Below, one piece after another: positions 19,288-28,604 of a stretch of 64,000 nucleotides of DNA (within the stretch, counting starts at the first letter, position 1; each line of letters opens with the position of its first letter). Source of the stretch: Nitrospirota bacterium (GTDB lineage Bacteria; Nitrospirota; Nitrospiria; Nitrospirales; Nitrospiraceae); contig CAVPGK010000016.1 of assembly GCA_963703955.1 (NCBI GenBank), positions 64,001-128,000 on the forward strand. Direction: 5' to 3'. The notes beneath the pieces were generated by a model that searched no databases, was not told the origin of the DNA, and worked only from the letters and a program-made list of their open reading frames with translations. Made by a program: the position numbers and the translations under genes.

Positions 19288-19387
19288 GGCATTTTGGTTG
19301 ACGCAGCCACTGGTTGTCCACTTTCCCAATAGAGCCATTCGGGGTCCGGACAAACGAATGGCTGCTTCCTGAGGTTCAGCAGCCTGC

Positions 19388-19442
19388 CGGCCGGGTGGCG
19401 GAATCAGCACCGCCAGCCGCTCGATCAGTTCGAGTGGGGGTC
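19388..19442 (-). pseudogene. Possible short IS91-family transposase relic
   Basis: Peptide PLELIERLAVLIPPP resembles the C-terminal motif of IS91-type transposases; the rest is unrecognisable. Confidence 0.4.
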
Positions 19443-19726
19443 CAGCATCAGCCTGACGTGCCGCCCGCTCCCGGCTTGACGCTCTCATAGACCAAGCGCT
19501 CTGCATCGATTCACGCAGCCGCTCCTTAGGTGAGAGTCGGGGAAAAGGTAGGAGCCTGAAGCGACCTTCGGCGGAATGCAATTATGCTGGCCAGTGTTGC
19601 GGTGGGTTCTGGAGGACATTGACAAGTCCTCGAAGACCGGTGAGAATCGCCGGAGCCTTTGCATGTCTATGAGATCAGGATAGTAGACCAACATACTGAA
19701 TTGTTAGCCCAAAACAGGAGACAACT

Positions 19727-20222
19727 ATGTCCGCACTGCAAAGTGTGATGATAGGAATTGCGTTCCTTGCTGCTGCGTCGGCGCCATACACGTTGGCTCA
19801 AGCACCAAAGACGGCTGAATCGAAGTCTCTCGGACCGCGGAAGGTATCTCGTGAAGATAGCCGGTTGTAACGACTGTCATACGCCCGGCTACGTTCAGAC
19901 AGGGGGCAAGGTTCCAGAAAAACAGTGGCTGACAGGCAGTAATCTCGGTTGGCGCGGCCCCTGGGGAACAACATATCCTAGCAATCTGAGGCTGTTTATG
20001 CAGAAGCTTTCCGAAGACCGGTGGGTCAAGATAGCGAAGACTGCACAGTTCCGACCGCCGATGCCTTGGTTCACCCTTCACGACATGACCGAGCAAGATC
20101 TTCGGGCCATCTACAGATTCATTAGATATTTGACACCTGCTGGCGAACCATCGCCGTCTTTTGTTCCGCCCGGTCAGGAGCCCAAGGGTCCATACGTTCT
20201 ATTTCCCGAACCACCGAAATGA
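19727..20222 (+). CDS. Periplasmic monoheme cytochrome c (frameshift near 19832)
   Basis: CAGGAG RBS and signal peptide MSALQSVMIGIAFLAAASA; then RGRYLVKIAGCNDCHT (CxxCH), GPWGTTYPSNL, PPMPW. Confidence 0.85.
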
Positions 20223-20393
20223 TTTTCGGCTCGGGAGAAACGGCTCGACACGGGCGCCCCCTGGCAAAACGGCGTGTCCCCCTGGCACGGGAGCGACAGT
20301 GTGCGGGCTGGCATAACCTGTGATCTCTTAAAACAGGTATTTTTCATCAGGGAAACGAGCTGAATAGGCTATTGCGAAACCCGGAGGTCCGCT

Positions 20394-21998
20394 ATGTCGA
20401 AGAATATCGTCATCTGTTCGGATGGGACCGGCAACTCGGCCATCAAGGGGCGGGGCACGAATGTGTTTAAGGTGTTTGAAGCCATCGATTTGAATGGTCA
20501 CAAGACCCGGCCTGAGCTCACGCCTCAGGTCGCGCTCTACGACGATGGGGTTGGAACGGAGGACTTCAAGCCGCTGAAGATCTTCGCCGGGATGACCGGC
20601 TGGGGTCTGAGCCGAAACGTAAAACAGCTCTACAAGGAGCTGGTGCGCATCTACGATCCTGGTGATCGCATCTTTCTCTTTGGCTTTAGCCGGGGCGCCT
20701 TCACTGTACGCACACTCGCGGGCCTCATCGCGAAGTGCGGCATTCTGGACACCGAGAAGCTGCCGACGACGGACGACCTCGAATTCTCCGTCCGTAGGGC
20801 CTACAAGGTATATCGGAAGTCCTACCGCACGGAACTGGCGAAGCTGTTTCTCGGCGAGCCGGACACCTCGGTAATCAAGCAGTTCAAGGATGAGCATTGT
20901 CGTCCGTGCGAGGTCCCGATCAAGTTCATGGGTGTGTGGGACACAGTCGACGCCGTTGGCCTGCCTTTCCATATAAGCGACTTCATCAACGTGGCCATCT
21001 ACCGTTTCAAGTTTCGTGATCATACACTGAGCAAGCTTGTCGAACGAGCCTGTCATGCGCTCGCGATCGACGACGAACGCCATTCGTTCCATCCTTTGCT
21101 CTGGCGCGAGGACGACAAGGGTGACGTCGAACGCATCGAACAAGTTTGGTTCGCCGGAGTTCATTCGAACGTCGGCGGCGGGTATCCGAAGCAGGGGATG
21201 TCGCTCGTGTCCCTTGAGTGGATGATGAGGAAAGCCGAGGACGCCGGTCTACGACTCCTTGCCGCCGACCGCGCGCTCTATTATGACCACGCGAACGTGG
21301 ACGACAAGTTGTACGACCCGCGCGCGGGCCTCGGAATCTTCTATCGGTGGAAGGTTCGGGACATTGCCGCGATTTGTCGCATGCACCAGGTGAGACCGGC
21401 GGTCCACGTGAGTGCCCTCGAACGTATCGCCCACGGGACTGACGACTACGCCCCCGGCAATCTGCCGGGCAACACGAATGTGGTCATCACCCCCACGGGT
21501 GATGCCGGAAAAGACGCAGCGGCGCTTCAACGGGCAAAGGAAGTCGAATCGGTTTTGCATTCCGCCCACGCCGGAGAGGAATCACTCTTGACGCGCGTTC
21601 GGGCTGCAGTCGTGATGGGGCTCGTCTCTTACTACGTCTATCTGTTGGCCTGTATTGTCGTAGTGATCGCCGCCTCGGCTCCTGACGGCGTTCGCGCCTT
21701 CTTGAACCCTTGGTTGGTCATGAAAAACGCAGGTCTATTCGTCGTCAATGTGGTCACGCTTCAACTGGGCGCCGTGTTCACGAGCATAAAACATCTGGCG
21801 ACGTCACCCTGGCGCATGGGGTTCCTCGGGGGTGGGTTTTTGGTGTCGTACCTTCTGGCGCTCTCCGCGGACCGCCGCATGAGCGCCGTATTCTCGGAAT
21901 TCTGGCATCGGGTGCAGCCGGAACTGCGAGATGCCTTGAAGCGCGCCCGCAAGGCCGCCCGCAAGGCATCGACCGGGGAAGATACCAGGGTCGCATAA
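20394..21998 (+). CDS. DUF2235 (Tle1-like alpha/beta-hydrolase/phospholipase) protein with C-terminal TM helices
   Basis: KNIVICSDGTGN, TNV, YDDGVGT, GFSRGAFTVR, GVWDTV, HALAIDDER, QVWFAGVHSNVGGGY. Confidence 0.9.
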   Translation: MSKNIVICSDGTGNSAIKGRGTNVFKVFEAIDLNGHKTRPELTPQVALYDDGVGTEDFKPLKIFAGMTGWGLSRNVKQLYKELVRIYDPGDRIFLFGFSRGAFTVRTLAGLIAKCGILDTEKLPTTDDLEFSVRRAYKVYRKSYRTELAKLFLGEPDTSVIKQFKDEHCRPCEVPIKFMGVWDTVDAVGLPFHISDFINVAIYRFKFRDHTLSKLVERACHALAIDDERHSFHPLLWREDDKGDVERIEQVWFAGVHSNVGGGYPKQGMSLVSLEWMMRKAEDAGLRLLAADRALYYDHANVDDKLYDPRAGLGIFYRWKVRDIAAICRMHQVRPAVHVSALERIAHGTDDYAPGNLPGNTNVVITPTGDAGKDAAALQRAKEVESVLHSAHAGEESLLTRVRAAVVMGLVSYYVYLLACIVVVIAASAPDGVRAFLNPWLVMKNAGLFVVNVVTLQLGAVFTSIKHLATSPWRMGFLGGGFLVSYLLALSADRRMSAVFSEFWHRVQPELRDALKRARKAARKASTGEDTRVA

Positions 21999-22608
21999 CG
22001 TACGTGTCGGACACTGGTCTCAGCTCCGATGCCACGGCGGTCGTGATTCGGTCGTCTGCGGGTGAGGACCGTGGCTCAGCGCGTCATAGACGAAAGCACG
22101 CTTCCGTCAGACTTTGCGCGACCCTCGGATGCGAATTCTGCAGATGGCAAAGTTAAGACCTGAGGCCTGACGCGGGCCTGCTAAGTACTTTTTCTTGAGC
22201 CAGCGCGGGCGTGATATCTGCGGCCCGACCAGAGTGGGTTTTGGAGACTGTAATAATGGTTTGATCAGAAACAGGAGAGTGCTCCTCGGCCGGCCATGCC
22301 CCAGGGCGCTTGCCGGTGGTTCCGTTACAATGGGGCGGAATGCTTACCGCCGGACGCCGTCCTGCACTAGGTGGTGCACCGCTATAGGGTGGGGGTGGCG
22401 GAGCTGTGTCGGCCGACGCGCCGGCCCAGCGAAGCCGGCCAGGTGGCCGTCTATGGTTGTGCCGGCGGGCGGGGTAGGGGTTGTCCGCGATTGCGCGCCG
22501 CATGGGGTTGAGCTACAGTGCGGTCAGCCGGCGAGGGGGCGCGGATTCGGGCGCAGAGGGGCAACGCTCTTTTCTCGCCTGTTTCATCCGACGAACAGAG
22601 GAGGTCAC

Positions 22609-22800
22609 ATGCAGTGGGAAAAACCATCATATATCGTTGTGAATATGAGTGCGGAGATCGGCTCATATCAAGATGACCTTGGCAGAACGGCGGATACGCC
22701 CGATGGCGCTCGGAGCATGCTTGAGGGTGAGCCTCGCGACCAGCCCATCGGCATCGAACAGACTCCAGCCGGAGTCCAACCATGCGAATCCATGTCCTAG
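22609..22800 (+). CDS. pqqA: PQQ precursor peptide PqqA with long C-terminal extension
   Basis: GAGGAGG RBS; MQWEKPSYIVVNMSAEIGSY carries W-x-K-P and E-x3-Y (E16/Y20); directly upstream of pqqB. Confidence 0.88.
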   Translation: MQWEKPSYIVVNMSAEIGSYQDDLGRTADTPDGARSMLEGEPRDQPIGIEQTPAGVQPCESMS

Positions 22801-23702
22801 GATCCGCTGCCGGTGGAGGATTTCCGCAGTGGAACTGTGGCTGCCCGAACTGCCGAAGCGTCCGCGAGGGCAGCGTTGACAGAAGACCACGGACCCAAAC
22901 GTGTGTGGCGATCACCACGGATGGCGACACGTGGTTCCTGCTTGGCGCTTCGCCGGAGATTCGTGGACAGATCGAAAGCTTTCCTTCACTTCACCCGCGC
23001 ACCGTTCGTCACTCTCCGATTGCCGGGATCGTCCTGACCAACGGTGACCTCGACCATTGCCTTGGTCTGTTTTCGCTTCGAGAGTTTCAGCCGCTTCAGA
23101 TTTACGCGACAGACCAGGTACGCCGTGGGCTTACCGAGGATAATGTCCTGTATCGCACGTTGGACCGGTTTCCCGGGCAGATGACGTGGCGCCCGCTGAA
23201 GCTGGAATGCGAGTGTCCGCTATTGACGGCGGAAGGGAAACCCAGCGGCTTGACGATCGCAGCGATACCGGTGCCCGGGAAGGTTCCCCTTCATTTGGAA
23301 GGACGCCTCCATCCCGATCCTGAGGATAACGTGGGCCTCGTCATTTGCGAGGTGGCATCAGCACGGATTGTCGCATATGTTCCTGGAGTCGCCGCAAGGA
23401 CTCGCGAGCTGGATCGGATCCTTCAGGAAGCCGACTGCATCTTCTTCGATGGGACGTTCTGGTCGAGCGACGAACTCATCGCATTAGGACTGGCTCAGCG
23501 GCGCGCCGAAGAGATGGCCCATTGGCCTGTTGGCGGTCCGACGGGCAGTTTACATATGCTTGCGAAGATGTCCGCCTCATCTCGCATCCTGATCCACATC
23601 AACAACACGAATCCTATTCTGCATGAAGGTTCACCTGAGAGACGACAGGTCGATGCCGCAGGGATCGAAGTCGCCTATGACGGAATGGAGATCACGCTGT
23701 GA
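22782..23702 (+). CDS. pqqB: PQQ biosynthesis protein PqqB
   Basis: VLGSAAGGGFPQWNCGCPNC, RTQ, LTNGDLDH, FFDGTFW, MAH, IHINNTNP, AYDGMEI. Confidence 0.96.
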   Translation: MRIHVLGSAAGGGFPQWNCGCPNCRSVREGSVDRRPRTQTCVAITTDGDTWFLLGASPEIRGQIESFPSLHPRTVRHSPIAGIVLTNGDLDHCLGLFSLREFQPLQIYATDQVRRGLTEDNVLYRTLDRFPGQMTWRPLKLECECPLLTAEGKPSGLTIAAIPVPGKVPLHLEGRLHPDPEDNVGLVICEVASARIVAYVPGVAARTRELDRILQEADCIFFDGTFWSSDELIALGLAQRRAEEMAHWPVGGPTGSLHMLAKMSASSRILIHINNTNPILHEGSPERRQVDAAGIEVAYDGMEITL

Positions 23703-24430
23703 CGGTAGCCGATGGACAGGCTCCTCTTTCGCCCGAGGCGTTCGTTGGCTGGCTTCGGCAAGAGGGGCTGCAGCGCTACCATCATGAACATCCGTTTCAT
23801 GTGCTGATGCATCAGGGAAAACTCAGCAAGCATCAGCTCCAACAGTGGGTACTCAACCGCTACTATTATCAGACTCGGATTCCGATCAAGGACGCGTTGA
23901 TCCTTGCGAAGTCCGATGACCCCGCTTTTCGACGACTATGGATTCGGCGCATCCAGGATCAGGATGGCGTGGATAACGACGAAGGCGGCTTGGCGCTGTG
24001 GCGAAAACTGGCTGGGTCTGTGGGTGTGGACGAGCCACAACTGGTGACCTTCAATTCGGTCTTGCCCGGTGTCCGATTCGCGTGCGATGCCTATGTCTCC
24101 CTGGTCCGGGAAGCGCCCTTGGTCGAGGCGGTGGCATCGTCGCTCACCGAACTCTTTGCCCCGGACCTGATGTCAAGGCGCCTGGCGGCGTGGGAGCGCC
24201 ATTATCCCTGGGTGTCTCGTGAGGCCCTTGAGTATTTCCGTCTCCGAATCGGTCGGGCAAACCGCGACGGAGAGGAAGCTCTGGCCTTTGTCGTCGCCAA
24301 TGCGACCAGTTATGAGCAGCAACGGCGTTGCGTGGCAGCGCTCATTCGGAAGACACAGATTCTTTGGCATCTGCTGGACTGTCTCTACACCACCTACGTC
24401 GTAGAGTCCGAACTCGTAGGCCATCCGTGA
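23699..24430 (+). CDS. pqqC: PQQ synthase PqqC
   Basis: YHHEHPFH, WVLNRYYYQTRIPIKDA, LPGVRFACDAY, SLTELFAP, HYPW, YFR. Confidence 0.94.
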   Translation: MTVADGQAPLSPEAFVGWLRQEGLQRYHHEHPFHVLMHQGKLSKHQLQQWVLNRYYYQTRIPIKDALILAKSDDPAFRRLWIRRIQDQDGVDNDEGGLALWRKLAGSVGVDEPQLVTFNSVLPGVRFACDAYVSLVREAPLVEAVASSLTELFAPDLMSRRLAAWERHYPWVSREALEYFRLRIGRANRDGEEALAFVVANATSYEQQRRCVAALIRKTQILWHLLDCLYTTYVVESELVGHP

Positions 24431-24717
24431 TCACGCTTGAAAGCCGGCCCAAATTAGCCTCGAAAGCGCGCTTGAAGTGGGATCGCAAAACGGATTCCTA
24501 TCTGTTGCTGTACCCGGAGAGCGGCTTGATTCTTAATCACACGGCAAGCGGCATCCTTCTTCGTTGCGGCGGGGATCACACCGTCGGGTCGATCATCGAC
24601 TCGCTGGTCTCCCGACATCTGAGCTCGCGGCGCAAGGACATCGAGCGGGACGTTGTGTCTTTTCTCCATGAAATGGTTACGCGCGGCCTTGTGCACGAGG
24701 AGACTGAAGCGCCGTGA
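24427..24717 (+). CDS. pqqD: Peptide chaperone PqqD
   Basis: GTG start overlapping pqqC stop; RPKLA..RLKWD...LLLYPE...LN..A..IL..C.G..TV..I...L...IERDV..FL. Confidence 0.9.
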   Translation: MITLESRPKLASKARLKWDRKTDSYLLLYPESGLILNHTASGILLRCGGDHTVGSIIDSLVSRHLSSRRKDIERDVVSFLHEMVTRGLVHEETEAP

Positions 24718-25806
24718 TCACGACGTATCGACCATACGCGCTCATCGCCGAACTCACGTACCGATGCCCGCTTCGGTGCGTGTACTGTTCAAACCCGCTC
24801 TGCCTATCCGCAGGCTGCTGAATTGCCGGGCGATTCGTGGCGTACCGCGCTGAGAGAAGCCGAAGACCTGGGAGTCGTCCAGGTGAACCTGACCGGGGGC
24901 GAACCCCTGTTGCGAGACGACCTTGAGGAACTCATTGCGGAAGCGAATGCTCTGGGTCTGTATACGAATCTCATTACCAGCGGCACTCCGCTCGAGCGCC
25001 AACGACTGGAACGATTTCGGGATTGCGGCCTCAATAGCGTCCAACTGTCGCTCCAAGGTCTCAGTACCCAGGAGTCTCATCGGATTGCCGGCGGCGGCGT
25101 CTTCGAACACAAACTCGAGGTGGCGAAATGGGTGAAAGAACTTGGATTGCCGCTCACCCTGAATGTCGTGTTGCACCGGGAGAACATCGACGGGGTGGCC
25201 AATGTGATTGAACTCGCCGAGCGTCTCGAGGCAGACCGCTTGGAGCTTGCGAATGTTCAGTACATGGGCTGGGCGCTGCTGAATCGTCGAGCATTACTGC
25301 CGAGCCGAACGCAACTCGATTCCGCACGACAGATCGCCCAATTGGCGAAAGCGCGGCTCGCAGGGCCCATGGAAGTGATCTATGTGATGCCGGACTACTA
25401 TTCCGATTTCCCGAAGACCTGTATGGACGGATGGGGACGCCGATACATCGTGATCGCACCCGACGGCCTTGCTCTTCCCTGCCATGCGGCCCGAAGCTTA
25501 CCCGGAATGCATTTCGAACGGATCACCGAGCGTCCATTGAGCGAGATATGGCACGAGTCAGAAAGCTTCCGCCGCTTTCGAGGGGAAGAATGGATGCCGT
25601 TGCCATGCCGGACCTGCGATCGCCGCGCCATGGATTTCGGCGGATGCCGATGCCAGGCTTTCCATCTTACGGGGGACCCGGCGGCGACCGATCCGGCCTG
25701 CAAGTTTTCTCCTCACCATGCCCTTATTCAAGAAGCACGGATGGGTGCTGAAAGGATAGACGAGCCTATCCCGCTCCATTATCGCAGGTTGCTGATCACG
25801 CGATGA
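24714..25806 (+). CDS. pqqE: Radical SAM/SPASM enzyme PqqE (frameshift near 24800)
   Basis: First frame [19 protein letters not shown] (CxxxCxxC); second frame [37 protein letters not shown]...DFGGCRCQA. Confidence 0.93.
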
Positions 25807-26319
25807 GACGGCAGATGGATACGACGTTTCTGCTTCTCTTGTTCACCACGGTGGCGCTCGGTTTGTGGGTGCTCATGAAGCAACCGGCATTGTTCAAGAG
25901 CGCCCTCTTGGCATCAGCGAAATTGTTCGGAGGCGTCTGGCCGGAGCTTGCAATCGGATTCATTCTGGCAGGGCTTCTTGAGGTGTTGATCCCGGCGCCG
26001 GTACTCCTTCGCTGGATGGGTGCGGAAAGTAGTGCTCAAGGGATACTGATTGGATCGCTCGTCGGTCTCCTACTTCCAGGCGGGCCTTATCTGATCTTCC
26101 CCATTGTAGCCAGCCTTCTCAAACAGGGCACGGCCCCTGGTCCTCTGATCGCGCTGCTTGACCGCCAAAGTCCTGCTGAGTCCGATTCGAACGCTGACGT
26201 ATGAGGCGCCGTTGCTGGGATGGCCCATGACATTGGCTCGATTCCTACCGGGCCTTTTCCTCCCGCCTCTGCTTGGGCTGTTGGGCCAGTGGCTTTTCGA
26301 CCTGTTCAACCGAAAGTGA
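25803..26319 (+). CDS. Predicted permease (DUF318/ArsP-like half), frameshift near 26160
   Basis: Hydrophobic; GFILAGLLEV, GLLLPGGPY.IFPI; second frame TYEAPLLGW..TLARF. Confidence 0.7.
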
Positions 26320-26372
26320 TGGAGGTCCTGTAGATGAAGGCACATTGGCACACATCCAGTCGGGGGAGCAGG

Positions 26373-27492
26373 ATGAGTAGCATGATTCATCGTCTTGTTG
26401 CGGTCGTGCTGACGTCAATCATTGCAGGCTGCACGACTCAGAGTAACGCCGGTTCTTTGCAACTGGAAAAGATCAAACTTCCGCCTGGCTTTGAAATCAC
26501 CATCTACGCACGGGATGTGCCGAACGCGCGCGGAATGGCGCTCGGAGAGAACGGTACCCTGTTCGTCGGCACAAGAGCCAAAGGCAGCATTTACGCCGTT
26601 GTGGACCGAGATGGTGATCATCGGGCGGATGTCGTGCATACGATCGCGCGGGATTTACACATGCCGGGCGGCGTGGCTTACAAAGAAGGATCGCTTTATG
26701 TCTCCGCTGTGGATCGCATCCTCCGGTTTGATCAGATTGAGCAACATCTCAACGATCCTCCTGCGCCGGTCGTGGTGTTCGATCGCCTTCCGAAGGAACC
26801 CCCCCATGGATTGAAATACATTGCCTTCGGTCCCGACCGAAAGCTCTATGTCGCCGTTGGCGTCCCCTGCAACATCTGCGAACCGGATGCCGACCACGGC
26901 CTACTTGGCCGTCTAAATCGGGATGGGAGCGGGTATGAGGTTGTCGCGCGAGGGATCCGTAACTCCGTAGGCTTTCGATTGGGATCCCTTAACCAAAGAA
27001 CTGTGGTTTACGGATAATGGCCGAGACTGGCTGGGAGACAATCAACCGCCGGATGAACTGAATCATGCTCCGACAACAGGGATGCATTTTGGATATCCCT
27101 ACTGTCACGGTTCGTCGATTTCAGATCCGGAGTATGGGAGCAAACGTCCATGCAACGACTTGACGCCAACGGCTCTCGATCTGGGTCCTCACGTCGCGGC
27201 GTTGGGAATGCGATTCTATACAGCACGCATGTTCCCGGAAGAATATCAGAACCAAATTTTCATCGCAGAGCACGGCTCATGGAACCGCAGTGAAAAAATA
27301 GGCTACCGCATCACCCTGGCCTCGCGGGATCGCCAAGGACAGTTACGGTATTCAGTTTTTGCAGAAGGGTGGCTTCAAGGCACAGAAGCATGGGGGCGCC
27401 CCGTAGATGTTCTCGTCATGCCGGACGGGGCGCTCTTGGTATCCGATGATCTTGCCGGCGTGATCTATCGAATCGTGTATCAAAAAGGGTAA
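26373..27492 (+). CDS. PQQ-dependent sugar/sorbosone dehydrogenase family lipoprotein (frameshift near 26980)
   Basis: Lipobox IIAGC; LPPGFEI, NARGM, FGPDRKLYV.VG.PCNIC, GIRNSVGF, TDNGRD, PPDELN, HFGYPYCH, AEHGSWNR, GRPVDV, DGALLVSDD. Confidence 0.88.
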
Positions 27493-27623
27493 TCGCGCAG
27501 GTTGTCGCTTGCACTACTACGGTCGGATCTTGGCTTTGATAACTGGACAGTGGAACGTCGATCCCATTAGCCTCTCTCTCACCTCTCAGGGCAAGGTCTT
27601 CAGAGGCCGAGCCGAATGTCGCC

Positions 27624-28547
27624 TTACCGCTCTGTTGCCAGATACCAGTCGTTGAAGAGTCGGCAATTGGCCTGCAGCATGGCACCCTCATTCAAGTTCC
27701 ATCGGCTAATCAAGCCTATCCAACACAATGCGTCGGCGGCGGATTTAATGGTCGGAAGTCCTGCGGCCTCTGCCGCTTCCCGCGGATGAATGGGTCGCGC
27801 CTCCCGCACAAGATACTGAAGAAGAGCCTGCTCAGTCGGCTGCCGGAGGACTTCTCGGCAGGATTGGAAGAACGGGGCCAGCCGCTCTGCCGCAGTCTGG
27901 ATTGCGCCCCCAGGATCACCGGAAAGAAACAGAAGAGCGTGGGCAATCACCTTCAGGATGTAGGGGTGAGTGCCGCCGGCTGCAAGCGCTGCGGTGATTT
28001 GGTTCGGCGTCAGGTGGCGTTTCAGAAGTTCCCGCGCCTCGCCTGGAAGCAGAACCGCAAGGGGTGCACGCCGAAGATCCGCAGACCCTATCTGAACATC
28101 ATCGTGCCATGCCCGCCCGCCCGCCCATACGATCGCGTGAGCGAGGCCCTCCCTTTTCATGAACTGGCGTAGTGTGCCGACGCAATTATCGTGGAGGAGA
28201 TGGTCGCAATTGTCGAGAAGCAAGATCGGCGCGGGGTTTGCCCAGCGTCCAAAGAAAAGTTGTTTGCGGGCACCCTCATCGGCCAGGTCAAGATACACTG
28301 CCGCCGGTGTCGCTGAAGAGGCCTCGCGATCCTGATCCACAAGCCATTTCAGATGCAGCAGCATCGAGGTCTTGCCGAGCTTGGGTCCGCCAGAAAGGAG
28401 GATCGACTGGCGCCGAAGGCAGCGGCTCAGGAGATTCTGTGCGAGCCTCGTGCGACCAGTGAACTGAGTGGCGCCGAAGGCCGGTGTTTCAGAGAGCGCC
28501 TCCCAGGAAGGAATAACTGAAGTCATGGCGTGTATCGTATCGATCAC
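27624..28547 (-). CDS. P-loop NTPase (compact STAND/AAA-like) with C-terminal winged-helix-like region
   Basis: Walker A GGPKLGKTS, Walker B ILLLDNCD, GxP-like GGTHPYIL, ends LFNDWY. Confidence 0.7.
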   Translation of the reverse strand: MIDTIHAMTSVIPSWEALSETPAFGATQFTGRTRLAQNLLSRCLRRQSILLSGGPKLGKTSMLLHLKWLVDQDREASSATPAAVYLDLADEGARKQLFFGRWANPAPILLLDNCDHLLHDNCVGTLRQFMKREGLAHAIVWAGGRAWHDDVQIGSADLRRAPLAVLLPGEARELLKRHLTPNQITAALAAGGTHPYILKVIAHALLFLSGDPGGAIQTAAERLAPFFQSCREVLRQPTEQALLQYLVREARPIHPREAAEAAGLPTIKSAADALCWIGLISRWNLNEGAMLQANCRLFNDWYLATER

Positions 28548-28604
28548 ACTAACCGGCTGGCAATGAAGCGTAACGGAATTACCATTCCGAACTCATTGCG
28601 GTTA

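Noticed and set aside
21992..22080. Second attC after the DUF2235 gene (GCATAAC overlaps its stop)
   Set aside because: No complementary hairpin or GTTRRRY partner follows.
22195..22800. 201-aa ORF in the track
   Set aside because: Only the last 63 codons, after a GAGGAGG RBS, look coding (pqqA); the rest is read-through of upstream DNA.
24790..24830. Programmed frameshifting in pqqE, ribD or cysA
   Set aside because: No slippery heptamers seen, and the window-wide indel rate explains the shifts more simply.
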